Shown: positions 10,985-24,036, numbered from the whole stretch's first letter. The stretch is DNA of 63,229 bases, filler included, from Bonamia ostreae (GCA_040357525.1; 29 parts of 29 records of this genome joined end to end with filler, not necessarily neighbours in it); one strand, 5' to 3'. The notes: generated by a model not told the origin, from the letters alone. Translations and numbers: made by a program.

Positions 10985-13078
10985 TATTACGCAATAATCT
11001 TTTCCTATATTTGTTACGTTTTTTTATTTCTTGTTTAATACTATTATTCCACCAAATTTTACCAAATTTATTACAAAGCTTTATTTTCTTTATTTTGCAA
11101 TGTTTTTCTACAGCATTTCTATAAATTGAAATAAGTTTTTCATAAATTTCATTTATATTTTTACTTTTAGAGCAAAATTTTAGAAAACTAGTTAAATTAT
11201 CCTCTAATTCTTTATTGTACTCATTTATATTTACATCATTCCAACAAATCCTTGTTTGTGGACAATTTTTTAAAACTTTGTTACATATTATATTAAATTT
11301 TATTGGTAAATGTTCACTTCCTATATATTCGAGACATTTTATTTTAGAAATCTTTAAAGAACCGATTTCTTTAGTAATTATAAGATCAACTGTTGATTTT
11401 TCATTAAAATTATTAATTAATGTTGTTAACTTATTTACATGATTTATTGATTTGTTTTCAATTAATGCTTTGTATAGATTTAGTCCATTTTTATTGTTTT
11501 TACTTACAGACCATTCTTTATGTTTAGAATTAAAATCTCCTAGAATAACCGAGTTTTTATCAAAGCCAATATCAATGAACAAATTTTCAAATTTTGTTAC
11601 TTTTGATGGAAAAACATATACGTTAAATACCTTTAAATAATTATTATTATGAAGTTGTATTTGTATTCCTTGAATTTCAAAATTAGACAATTTACTGTTA
11701 TTCAGATGTCTTAGATTTATTAAGCATGAATTAATTTTCATCCTCACAAGTGTTATTAAACCACCTCCTGTTTTATTCTTTCTTTGATACTCATACATAT
11801 TGTATCCATTAAATTTATGATTATGATTACAGTTTAACCATGTTTCCTGAATACAAACAATATCAGGCTTTTGTTCAGTTATTAAATTTTTTATTTCATT
11901 TATATTTTTGTTTAAACTTCGTATATTTATAGAAATTACTTTTAACATTGCATCGTTTNNNNNNNNNNTTTTGTTACTAAAATCATATTTTTGAAAAAAT
12001 TGTGTAAGAACACTGTTCATAAACAACTCAATTTTTTTTCCATTATTTTCATTGTTTTTTCAGCAATTTTTATAATATCTTGTTCATTTAAATTTTGATA
12101 TATAGATTTTTCGGCTTTTTTATGAACTTTCGTTTTTTTATTAATTTTTTGTTTCACTATAACCTTATTTTCATACTTGGGTTGTTTATCCAAAAATTCA
12201 TCCTCAGACTCAATATGAATTTGTTTATTAAGATTGTGTTCATTTTTAACTTTACGAATTTTTTGGGATATTTTAAACTTTTTTTTAGCTTCAGTTAAAA
12301 CTTCTTGATCAAACATACGAGTTTTATCTTCAAAACCATCTTTTAATAACCACTTGTTTTTCGTAATAATATTATGTTGTTTAAATTTACACTGAAATGC
12401 GTTAGCTTTGTGGTTTTTGCCACAGTTTGCACATTTTAGATTTGATTTTTCTTTACAATCTTTCGACTTGTGGTTTTTAGAACAAAATCTACAAACTGTG
12501 TTTGTGTTATAACACATTTCAGCTGTGTGTCCAAACTTTTGACATCTGTAGCATTGAATGATATTTTTTTTAATGTACCTTGATATCTTAAAATTTCTTT
12601 GGCATACTGTAAAACTTTTTTGTGCTAACAATGTTTCAAAAGTATCTTTATCACACAGGTTTATAAAACATGTACTGAAAATTGGATTATTTTTAAGAGG
12701 TTTAAGTGTAACGTTACTTATTTTTACATCTTTTTCATTAAAATACCTCTTAAAATCTTCTTCTTTTACAAATTTCGGTACATAATGTATTACAATTTTG
12801 TACAAACTATGATTGTTGTCCACTATTATAGCGTCTTTACCAAAAAATTTTTTTACGTCATTTGTTTTTTTAGCTTCTAACTTATCAATCTCATTTTCAA
12901 AAAATACTCTGATGTCACCGTATGGCAATACGTCTGCATTAATCGCTTTTTTAAAAGCTTGTGACATGTTAGAGCTCAATTTAAAGCAATTGTTGTATTG
13001 GAATTTATTTTCAACATTTTTAATAATTAACGAACAAAAGTTTTGTTCGTTGAATTTTTTATACATGTCTTGAGGATT
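10985..13078 (-). mobile_element. Non-LTR retrotransposon (APE-type LINE): ORF1 with three CCHC knuckles (13066-12017) and ORF2 endonuclease (12020-10985, truncated before RT)
   Basis: CYRCQKFGHTAEMC / CRFCSKNHKSKDC / CANCGKNHKANAFQC; APE motifs SINIRSL, DIVCIQETW, ILGDFNSKH, GSEHLPI, WWN. Confidence 0.92.
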
Positions 13079-13178
13079 NNNNNNNNNNNNNNNNNNNNNN
13101 NNNNNNNNNNNNNNNNNNNNNNTTAATTAATTAANNNNNNNNNNNNNNNNNNNNNNNNNNNNNNNNNNNNNNNNNNNN

Positions 13179-13447
13179 TACAACAGCAAAAACGATTGCT
13201 TTGACTTTGCGGACACCGAAAATGCAAAAGTCTCCGAAGTGATCGATTTCCACAAGAAAAATCTCGAAAACGCAGAAAAAATCAATTTGAAACAAGTTAA
13301 TTTTCAAGTTTTGAAAACTTAAATAAGAATGTGCGCCATCTTCACGTTTTCATAGAAGACAACCAAAACGGTTCTCCGATAACTTTTTTGAATTCGATCC
13401 GTCTCTTCGGGCGACTCTTCGAGCAACATCACACGGAATACGAGTAA
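13179..13447 (+). CDS. PITH-domain protein C-terminus (TXNL1/PITHD1-like)
   Basis: Removing 20-nt intron 13308-13327 gives INLKQVNFQNVRHLHVFIEDNQNG...SIRLFG; missed by the ORF track. Confidence 0.8.
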
Positions 13448-13462
13448 ATTTAATTCTTCTTT

Positions 13463-13834
13463 TTATTCGTCTTCTATGACCAACATCTCCATCGAGTCTG
13501 ATCCGCTCTTTTCGACATCCGGAACCGGCGGTTTCATGCATTTCCGTATCAAAAAGTAGATTAAGACAAACGCGAGAAATGTCAAAATTGTGCAAATAAT
13601 GAACACTATTATCCAAACTGAGAGGTTTTCATTCCTTTTCGTGTCGACTTCTTTGATGTCTTGTCCGATTAAGTTTTCGCTCAAAAGTCGTTCCTTTCTT
13701 TTTCGTTGTTTATAAAATTTGTTCAAGATTTTCAAAATTTAAAACGATATTTTCGAGTTTTTTGGAGAATCGTTTTTTGTAAAAATGGCGAAGATTGAAA
13801 TCAGTAATAAACATAATTTAGTTGTTACTTTCAT
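13463..13834 (-). CDS. Small type I membrane protein (signal peptide, one TM, acidic tail)
   Basis: ATG 13834 MKVTTKLCLLLISIFAIF; GTTT..AAG intron; TM VWIIVFIICTILTFLAFVLIYFLI; tail ends SMEMLVIEDE. Confidence 0.65.
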
Positions 13835-14136
13835 TCGGATATTTTTTAGTTGATAAGATTTTGATCAAATCGCATCAAAATTTTTATTTTCTGTTTTAAT
13901 GGCGACGCTTCGTTTAAAAAAACGAGTACAAAAATAGAAGTTCTGAAATAGATTTTCTGTTTAAAAATAGAATTTTCTTATTATACAAAATTTTTCCTGC
14001 GCAAACAGTTAAAAAACAAGTACATAAAAACGCTTAGACAAAACAATAATGAAAATTTGCATTTACACGCAAATTATTTTTTCAAAAGAATAAAATCCAT
14101 CCAAGCACCAATTTACAAATTTACCACATTTTTTAA

Positions 14137-15146
14137 ATGACGATAATCCTTTTTATCGCGACAGCAAAATTTGCGTTTTCGTGTGTTATGAACATTGAAT
14201 TTTGCGTAAAAGATAAAACTTTTAATAATCTGGCGAAGAACGTGTACTTGGATATTGTAGATTTTAACGAGGGATATGTAGATGCGATGGCTATTTTGTA
14301 CGGTGTGAATTCTGGCGTAGCAATGATTTCTTTCACGTTTGAAGACGTCGACTCAATCGATGATGTTGCCATTTCCTTGCTGAATTTAGCTTTGAACGTT
14401 GAAACAGGTTTTAAAACAATTATCGTACCATTTAATGACGAAAATAGACGCTTTAGAACAGAAACACAGTGTTTCAGACTGTTTGGCCAGAATAAAATCT
14501 CTTAACAAACCAAATGAGTTCCAAAACGTCGTCGTTGTCGTCTCTGACGATAAATTGAACACTGAATTTTATTCGAACATTTTGGGCTCTGATTACAAAT
14601 TTTTTTTGGTAGGTTCAGTTGGACATTAAAATTTTAAGATTTTTACAAAAAAGCAAGCCGATTTTTGCACTTTTAACACCATTTTCGTTTTAGAACAAAT
14701 TTTTTATCCGGAACGCATTAAAAGGTTCAGAAAAGCAAAGGCATTTTTTTAGACACGATTTGCGCACAAAAGTGTGCCCTCTAAATAAATGCGTGAACAA
14801 TCCGATAACAAGAAAAAAGAGCGGCGACGCCATTGTCGTCTTTGGAAATAATTGCGCTGGCAGTGAAACTGGCTCCATTTGCAAAGGAACTTGTTTTAAG
14901 AATACGAAAACTAACGAAACGACAACATTTAAGTGTCTGGAAAGCGGAGAATGGGACCAAGAAATGATTTGCGTCAAGAAAGGGTTTCCGGTGTATCAAG
15001 TCGTTTCTTTGATTTTTGTCGGAATACTTTTTATTTTTGCACTGACGCTCAAATTCACGTCCCTTTTAAGACCGGACGCGGCACAAAGTTCTCCGGAAAG
15101 CGAAACAGAGGACGAGAAAAAAGATCTTTTAGTCATTGACTTTTAA
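14137..15146 (+). CDS. Type I surface protein: signal peptide, degenerate vWA-like domain, one 6-Cys sushi-like module, TM, acidic tail
   Basis: Three ORFs joinable by GT-AG introns; NVVVVVSDD and KFFLVG strands typical of vWA; GSICKGTC...FKCLESGEW....C; TM then ESETEDEKKDLLVIDF. Confidence 0.65.
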
Positions 15147-15904
15147 ATCGCCCATTTTATTATAATCACAAAAACTTAAATAAATGTCCCATTTGTTAAA
15201 CAACAAAAAGCACTGCAGAGACACGTCTGAGAAACCGACCAGTCAAGAAGAGGGGGTTGGGCAGCGAGGGCGNNNNNNNNNNNNNNNNNNNNNNNNNNNN
15301 NNNNNNNNNNNNNNNNTTAATTAATTAANNNNNNNNNNNNNNNNNNNNNNNNNNNNNNNNNNNNNNNNNNNNCTGTTCGTAATCTTCACCTTTCATTAAT
15401 TAAGTAGATAACATAAATACCTGTAGCTATAGAGAACTATTGAGAAAGAAAATGCAGACCCATATACACGTGTAATAATCATTGTCCTTTTTCTTCCATT
15501 ATTCATGGCACACAATTTTCAAAATAGACTACGGTATAAATTAACTTTATTATGCTTAAAACAATATTCATGACTTATCCATTCCTTCATACTTCAACTA
15601 GAACATATGCGAAATAACAAATTCCATTATTTTATGACACCATAACTAAATACTAACATCATAAGAAAAAGAATGTATACCCTTTAAAATAAATTGGAAT
15701 TATATGCAATTATAAACTTTCTTTTTTCTGTGGCAGAAAACAATTATTTTTACACGCACTTCGTTCATTTATAGATATGTATCTTGTTCATAAGTTTTAT
15801 TAGGGCCTTAGTTAGAGAGCATTTGGTTTAACCTTCACATGTACTTCAGTGAGTGTGTAACATGAAGTACAAAAGTTTAAAAGATTCACATTGAATGAAT
15901 CAGA

Positions 15905-15980
15905 ATGTGATCGGTCGACAGAGTATGCTTGCTCCTTCTAGACACTCCGCTGATATATACAGGGTCCGTGTTGTTCAATT
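15905..15980. repeat. Fragment of an oyster-type interspersed repeat; degenerate reverse-complement copy at ~42505-42600
   Basis: TGTGATCGGTCGACAGAGTATGCTTGCTCC...CAGGGTCCGTGTT vs reverse complement of ACAGACCCCTGGAAAC...TGGGATCAG...GACACCCGCCGTGA. Confidence 0.55.
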
Positions 15981-16064
15981 CTTAAATTCGTGTTCTTTAT
16001 AGCAGTTGTGAGACTGATCACAGTTCGTTATATTCACCTTTTCATTTACATTTTTCTTACATAG

Positions 16065-16940
16065 GAAAAGAAACTGAATTTCAAGACCTCCTGGATTTGG
16101 CTCGTGAGGCACTGCAACTATATTTTGATGGATTGTTTCCTCCAAACAATTTTGAAACTTTTCTACAAACTGAAAGGTCGTCAATTGAAGGGAGAGGAAC
16201 ACATTTTAAACCAGAGGAGCGGAGGAAATTGTTTCCAGGTACATATGATCACAGAATATCTAGTCATCACTTCGTATTCATTAACTAAAAGTGCGTATAT
16301 ATGAGCATATTAACTATCTTGCAAAACTACTTTTCAATGTTTTCGAAGGCTATAAACAATCTACAATATGTACATGCAGGTCGCTAAATTATCGTTTGAA
16401 GTGAAATCTAAAACAATTCTTTTGTGTGCGTTATAATTATATGAGGAAATTGATGAACATTGTTTTGATATTGTAAACTTATATTTCAATTCCAAAGAAA
16501 GTGGAAAGGTAACTTCTGAAGACTTGGATATCACGCTGTTGTATAAAATCATACGAAACTATGGCGACTTGCCCAAGCCAGGAAACGGCTGGGGGAAGGA
16601 ACCTCGCCCATACGAAAAAGAAAAGAGTGACGACATAGAACGAGTTCGATATTACAGGAATAAATTTACACATAAATCGCAAGGATCTTTGGATGTCACA
16701 GCAACAATTTGGTTAGATTTGGCTGAGGTTTGTTTTTCTAACCTACTCTACAATTTCGCTGGATTCATTTAATTTTATTTACGCTAAATAATTTAAGTCA
16801 CAGGATATTGCATTATATGCAAGATTTTCTTTTTTAGGCTATTGAGAGATTAAGTGACGGTGATCTTAAAGGAAAAGTAAACGAGGTTTCGAAATCCTGT
16901 TCTGTGTTCCAAACAAGTATTCAAGATAAAGTAGAAAAAG
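16065..16940 (+). CDS. DZIP3-like HEPN domain exons (host gene fragment)
   Basis: Exons 16065-16238, 16498-16727, 16838-16940; LFPP, SEDLDITLLYKIIRN, GWG, DDIERVRYYRNKFTH (R-x4-H). Confidence 0.8.
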
Positions 16941-17597
16941 GTTTAAAACAAGAAGGGAGTTGACCAAAATGCAGTAATTGAGACATTTTGAAGTAGTTCT
17001 TTGTACGTATGTGAACTTATAAAAGTTCATAAAAACAGTATTTCTTCACAACTGACAAAATCATGCTGTTTTGAAATCCTTCATACACATATTTTATCAC
17101 ATAGAAGTTTTCATGCTGATTCCTTTTTCTAAATCTTATTACTTACCAGAAGAATCCTCTCATCGTACGGAAGATTCTGCAAAGTGTCAGATGTAGTCTT
17201 AATACATACTTTATCAACATATTGTTTGCATACATAATCTATTTGCTGAAGGAATTGTATCATGTATGCTTGTGCAATTATAAATGTTTTTGTACATTTT
17301 GCAGTCAGCACTCAGCAGTATTATATAGGACAGTGATTACATATCTCTTGGTTGTATATTGTCTCTTTCGCGTGAAAAGTCTATATTGTTCCCAATTACC
17401 AGGTCTAAAATGTTTCAGAATTTTCGGAAAAGTGTTACTTCCGATATGAGTTGCGTCTTTGCTAANNNNNNNNNNNNNNNNNNNNNNNNNNNNNNNNNNN
17501 NNNNNNNNNTTAATTAATTAANNNNNNNNNNNNNNNNNNNNNNNNNNNNNNNNNNNNNNNNNNNNCTTCATCTTTCATGCATGGTATAACTGAACAG

Positions 17598-18695
17598 TTA
17601 ATATTCCAATGGAAGTCCTGAATTGGGGAAAGGATGGTATTGAAAGATTTACTGCATACCTTAACTTTGGAAAAGAACCAGTTTATCACACCAGTGGAAT
17701 GATTGTTGGCTGTGCAGGAGCAGGAAAGACAACTTTAATCAACCGCTTGCAGGATTGTTCATTAGGAGAAATATTAAAAGTTAAAACAACAAAGGGAATT
17801 GAAGTTCATCCTGCTATTTTCAAAGTGAACAATAAGCAACTACAAGGTATTACGATGTAGTTTTTTAAAAATATTTTTGTTTATAAATCTTGGAAATTTC
17901 CTGTGCACAGAATGATGGCTTTCTTTTTTATTTTAGTGAATAAAGAGAAAACTGTGAAATATTTCAAAATTCCGCAAGTCAATATTCTTGGCGTTAACTT
18001 CCCTATCGAAAAAGAAAAAACACACAATGAATCAGTTTCTCGTCAAGATGATTTACAAAGCAATACCGAAGTGACTGCTACGAATGCATACACAGAAACA
18101 GAGGGGGGTAGTTGTCATCTAGATAATCCTGTTCTTCAAACAAACAAAGTATCCGAGAACCCGAACACTGAGAAACAAACGCGTCAAGAATTGCAATCAT
18201 CTCTAAACCTGGGGAAAACTGAACAACGCAAGATGCCCATGAAGACGCCTTCAAAATATTCATTAAAATCACTTCTCCAAACTTTTGACAATGTAACTTT
18301 TCATGGCGAAAGGAGTGTTCAGTATTTAACTTTACTTGATTTTGCCGGTCAGTCTGCTTACTATGCATGCCATCAGATTTACCTTAGTGAAAGAGCCTTT
18401 TACATATTAGTCATGGATATGTCCAAAGACTTAAATGCAGTGGTAGGTGAAGAGGTATGCGACCACAGTCATACAGTGTTCGAGACATGGCGATATAGAG
18501 GTATATACTATGATTCAATCTAATTATTTTCTCTGATACCTTTTTTAATTAACCCATATAAGTATTATATTTAACGATATGTATTTTTAAATCTTAGATT
18601 TTTACGCCTTTTGGATGAAATCTATTCATACATATAGCAGTCGAAATGCACCGGTTATTCTTGTGGCTACGCATGCAGAGGATAAAAGTGATAAG
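17598..18695 (+). CDS. Roco-family ROC GTPase exons (host gene fragment)
   Basis: GCAGAGKTT P-loop, TKGIEV, LLDFAGQSAYYACHQIYL, FWMKSIH..PVILVATH; exons 17598-17846, 17937-18500, 18598-18695 with GTA donors. Confidence 0.85.
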
Positions 18696-19763
18696 GTATA
18701 TGTAATACGGAAGTGTTGATTCTCTTTCAAACTCCTTGAAATATTTTATTGCTGATTGGGGTCAAGCAGAAGAGTTGCTATATAGATTGGAAGAGGACAA
18801 ACGCCAGTATTCAGTGTACCAGCTATGCATGAATATATTTTCTTTGATTTCCGAAACCTCATATTCTGATATCACCTTTGAGTTGTATAATACTGCCATT
18901 ACATAGTAATGATATCAAATCGAATTGTGGTTTGCAATTCCAGAAGTATTTATCTTTTTGGTTTTAATTCAAACGTTCAGTAAAATTATTTGAGATACTT
19001 TCTACATGTCAAGGTTTGTATACATGCATATGTGCAGTATTTCATTTTAATGCACATATTTGCGATGTTCGTATAACTATGCTATGCACCATTTTGTTCC
19101 ATGTAAACAATATTACAGAAGCAACCTTCACCTAGCTTATTCGACTAGAAAAAGTACTAGATCGAAATTATTCATTACCAAGTCATAATCGGTTTAAAAT
19201 TAATGGAAAAGTGGCCGAAAAAGATGGTAAAGTTGTTTGAAAATGACTTCGTACAAAAACATTTCCTGCCTCCAAAATATTACAATGGCCAAACGCAACA
19301 TTAAAAAAAAGCTTTGTTTTAAAAGGACAAACCAGAAAGGATTCCTGATTCTCAATTCTAAATCTCAATTCTAAATTCAAGCGTTAGGTGAAGGAGTAAT
19401 CACTACCTATGTTAACGTCGAGCAGGTTTAGAATTCATAAGTTCTCGAAAGCTTTATTCACTGAGCTACACATGTACCGTGATCAGTTTTATTAAGTATT
19501 TCTAGCAATTAGTGTAAGCATTCTTTTGCTTAGACCACCGGTGGCCACGGTTATGCATATTCGAGAAAAATGCGCGAACAATACTAATTAGAAAAAATAA
19601 ATCCGTTGATGTCTCATCTCTACAAATTTCCAAATCGAAGAATATCCGAGAAATGGNNNNNNNNNNNNNNNNNNNNNNNNNNNNNNNNNNNNNNNNNNNN
19701 TTAATTAATTAANNNNNNNNNNNNNNNNNNNNNNNNNNNNNNNNNNNNNNNNNNNNTCTGGAT

Positions 19764-20468
19764 TTATATAGAAGTGTCTTCTTTATCTTCATCATCTTTC
19801 TTTTTTCTTTCTAACAAAGTGAGAAATTTGGGATCTTCTAAACCGATTCTGGCCATTCTGATCATCGCCGTGTACATGAACAAAACTCCAGCGGCAAACT
19901 CGAGTAAACCGGAAAACACAGAAGTCCATCTAAGAACATATTGAGAAAATGCGTAAAAAAGCATCGAAACAGCAACGATTGAATGAGGGATGATTTCCAT
20001 CCATGGACCGTCTTTTTTGAATTTAACAAATGACATTAACGCCATTGAAAGTGCAAACATGAAGTAGTAGATCACATTTTGGATGTTTTTAACTGATATT
20101 CCGTTCGATTTTTCATTCAAATAAAAAATTCCAAAACTAAAATTTAAAAATTGACCATTATTAAAACTAAATTTCAAAGTGGCCATTTTTAAACTAAATT
20201 TCAAAAATTGCAAATTTTAAAATTGTAAAAATTTCAGAAACGTTATAAATGTAAATGACTCGAAGGATTTACCAGAAAGAATACTTACAGCGGCACAGAA
20301 AAACAGCAAAAAGGACATTTTCTCCATTAACTGCAATGTCAAATCTCTATTGAAGAATATGTTGAACGGGTTCACTCCAATAATAAATTTCTGGACTCCA
20401 AAAACCAACATGGTCAACGCCATTGCAAAATAGCCAATTCCCGTTACTGGTCCAAATTTTATCGCCAT
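19764..20468 (-). CDS. Polytopic membrane protein, probable GPR1/FUN34/YaaH (SatP/Ady2) acetate channel homologue
   Basis: ~6 TM; GIGYFAMALTMLVFG, SGKSFESFTFITFGIFYL and SGLLEFAAGVLFMYTAM align by eye with family motifs; one intron ~20137-20241. Confidence 0.55.
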
Positions 20469-20758
20469 TTTTGTTAATTCGAAAATGAAATTTTTTATTT
20501 TCTGTATTGTTTTTTTACAAAATTATTATTTTTTTAATTTTAAAATTCTCAATTATGTTTTCTTAAGTGTCAAATTAAATTGTTAATCTCTTCCAATTTA
20601 AACTTTTTAAAAATTATTTTTCTAAAAATACCAATCCGTTCCAATATTTTTTCCAAAAATTTATTTAAAAATGGCAATGAAGATGGATAAATCCAAAATT
20701 TCCTAAAAATGGCAATGAAGATGGATAAATTTCCTAAAAATGGATAAATTCAACAAAT

Positions 20759-21451
20759 TTATTCGACGACGAAGATTTCGTGCTGATACGACTCGTTTTC
20801 TAGTATAAAATCTAATCGAGTGCTTAAAAGGGGATGTTTATTGTCTGATTTTTTACAGACAGCGACCAGCACGATCGAAACGACTCCTGTGAGAACGCAC
20901 GAGAAAACAAAAAGACAATTAAAAAATTCGAACAGAAAAATTTCCGATGTAAAAATTTTTCTGTTACCGCAAAATCCTTTATTGTTTACCCATTTGCCTT
21001 TTCTACATAACGGAAATGTACCAATAAATACTTTTTCATCACATTTTACTTCACAATAACGATTATTTGGAATATTTGTGCATTTTTTAAGGCTGTTTTT
21101 GTTCGCATTTAAAACAAACGGCGTTGTTTTGCAAACTGATGAACATTTGACAGAGCTAAAGTCCCATATCGCATCTTTATTAAAAGCAACGCATTCGATT
21201 TTTCCCATTGTTACATAATCTCCTTGACATTCAATGTTGCAAGTACTGTTTACTTTTTTAATGTCAGAAAAGCAATTTTCATCAATTTTTATCAAAATTC
21301 CTTTAACGTTTGCAAAATTTGTCAATTTTGGGCACTTTCCTGAAATTTTTTTTGTTTTTAATTTGTAAAAACTTTTTTGGCACAAATCAAGATTGTTTTC
21401 TTGTGCTAACTTTGCCAATTGTAAAAATATCAAGCAAAAAATCGATATCAT
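20759..21451 (-). CDS. Type I surface protein with two 6-Cys sushi-like modules
   Basis: Hydrophobic N-terminus; STCNIEC...IEC...W....C and YCEVKC...PLCRKGKW....C; TM; tail ends HEIFVVE. Confidence 0.7.
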   Translation of the reverse strand: MISIFCLIFLQLAKLAQENNLDLCQKSFYKLKTKKISGKCPKLTNFANVKGILIKIDENCFSDIKKVNSTCNIECQGDYVTMGKIECVAFNKDAIWDFSSVKCSSVCKTTPFVLNANKNSLKKCTNIPNNRYCEVKCDEKVFIGTFPLCRKGKWVNNKGFCGNRKIFTSEIFLFEFFNCLFVFSCVLTGVVSIVLVAVCKKSDNKHPLLSTRLDFILENESYQHEIFVVE

Positions 21452-21947
21452 TTTTTCTTTCGGAAAATTGTTTTTTCTGTTTTGTTCAAAATTCGTAAAA
21501 ACCGTTTTTCTGGAAATCGCTTTAAAATTTTTATTATTTCCTTTTACTTTGAAAATCGATACTCAAATATGGGAAAGCAGCTGCTCAGAAGAATATGAAA
21601 ATTTTGCGAAGAATTTAAGACATATTAAAAGTTGTGTAACAGAGATTGTGAAATGTTAAAAAATTTTGTTTGGTTTACTTCTTTCAATCAAACAAAGGGG
21701 CATAGTCTGCACCAGATTTGCCTCTTTTACTTTTAGACGACGGTCCTGCTGTTATGCTCAAACCATTCGAAGCCATTCCAGACACTTCGACTTTTTTACC
21801 TTTCTTTATTCCAACATGATCTCGGTCGATTAATAGCTTTTCTAATCNNNNNNNNNNNNNNNNNNNNNNNNNNNNNNNNNNNNNNNNNNNNTTAATTAAT
21901 TAANNNNNNNNNNNNNNNNNNNNNNNNNNNNNNNNNNNNNNNNNNNN

Positions 21948-22114
21948 ATTTTCAGAAAATTAACTTTTAGAGCATTTCCTCTTTCTTCCGTCTTCATCGA
22001 ATAATCGATTTCTTCTTCTAAAATTTCTCTTTCGATCATTTCCAGCTCTCTGTCTGTTTCTCTTTTTCTTTCGATCGCTTCTATGATCGTGCATTTAATT
22101 TCGTCTATATCCAT
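21948..22114 (-). CDS. EAF6: NuA4 subunit Eaf6, first exon
   Basis: IERKRETDRELEMIEREILEEEIDYSMKTEERGNALK resembles Eaf6 ...LERQIY..E..YL..T...GNII. Confidence 0.65.
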
Positions 22115-22178
22115 TTTCTAAATACTATATAGATTTTTATTAACAATTATTTCGTTTAGAGCTTGAAAAAACAAAGTC

Positions 22179-23192
<1,014 letters not shown>

Positions 23193-23294
23193 TTCTATAA
23201 AAATACAAATACTGTTTATATCGACTCGGCTTAATAAAATATTGCGGGTTTTTATGCAAAATCCGTAAATCGTAAAAATCGGTAAAAACTAAAA

Positions 23295-24036
23295 ATGCAC
23301 GTCGCAGTCGTCGGATGTGGGCATGGTCGTTTAGATGACATATATTCGTCGATAAAGCAGATCGAAAAAAGCGAATCGGTTAAAGTCGATTTATTGCTTA
23401 TTTGCGGGGATTTTCAGGCCATCAGAAATAAAGAAGAATTGAGAACAATGGCCTGCCCCGAAAAATATCGCAACATGGAATCGTATTATAAATATTATAA
23501 CGGCGAGAAGAAAGCGCCGGTGATGACTATCGTCATAGGCGGAAATCATGAATCCAGTCTCCATTTTTATGAATTGTTTTTTAGGCTAAAGTTAAAAATA
23601 AAAAATAATTACAAAAATAATTACAAAAACATAATCAAATATGTTCGAAAACGAAGCGCCATTAAATGTAAAATGGAGAAATTTGATTTTTAAAAAAACA
23701 GAAAATCCCGAAAAGAAATAAAAATTTTGTTTAAAAGATATCACGGCGGATGGCTAGCGGACAACATATATTTCCTGGGTTACGCTGGCGTCGTTAATTT
23801 TAACGGTCTAAGAATTTGCGGTCTGTCCGGAATTTTTAAAAAGCACGATTATAGTAAGGGCTTTTACGAAAGTCCGCCTTTTTTAGAAAAGTCCGATCAA
23901 CATTCAGTTTATCATTCGAGAGAATTCAATGTGGAGCAATTATGTCAACTCAGATCTAAAGTTCATATCGTGATGACGCACGATTGGCCAACGGGAATTG
24001 CGTTTCATGGCGATGTGGAAAATCTAATCCGACGAA
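23295..24036 (+). CDS. DBR1: Lariat debranching enzyme (3' truncated)
   Basis: VGCGHG, ICGDFQAIRN, IGGNHE, YHGGWLA, THDWP; intron ~23576-23737. Confidence 0.97.

Noticed and set aside
15373-19656. HEPN gene next to a Roco GTPase as a defence-like gene cluster
   Set aside because: They are on different contigs placed together only by length sorting; no linkage evidence
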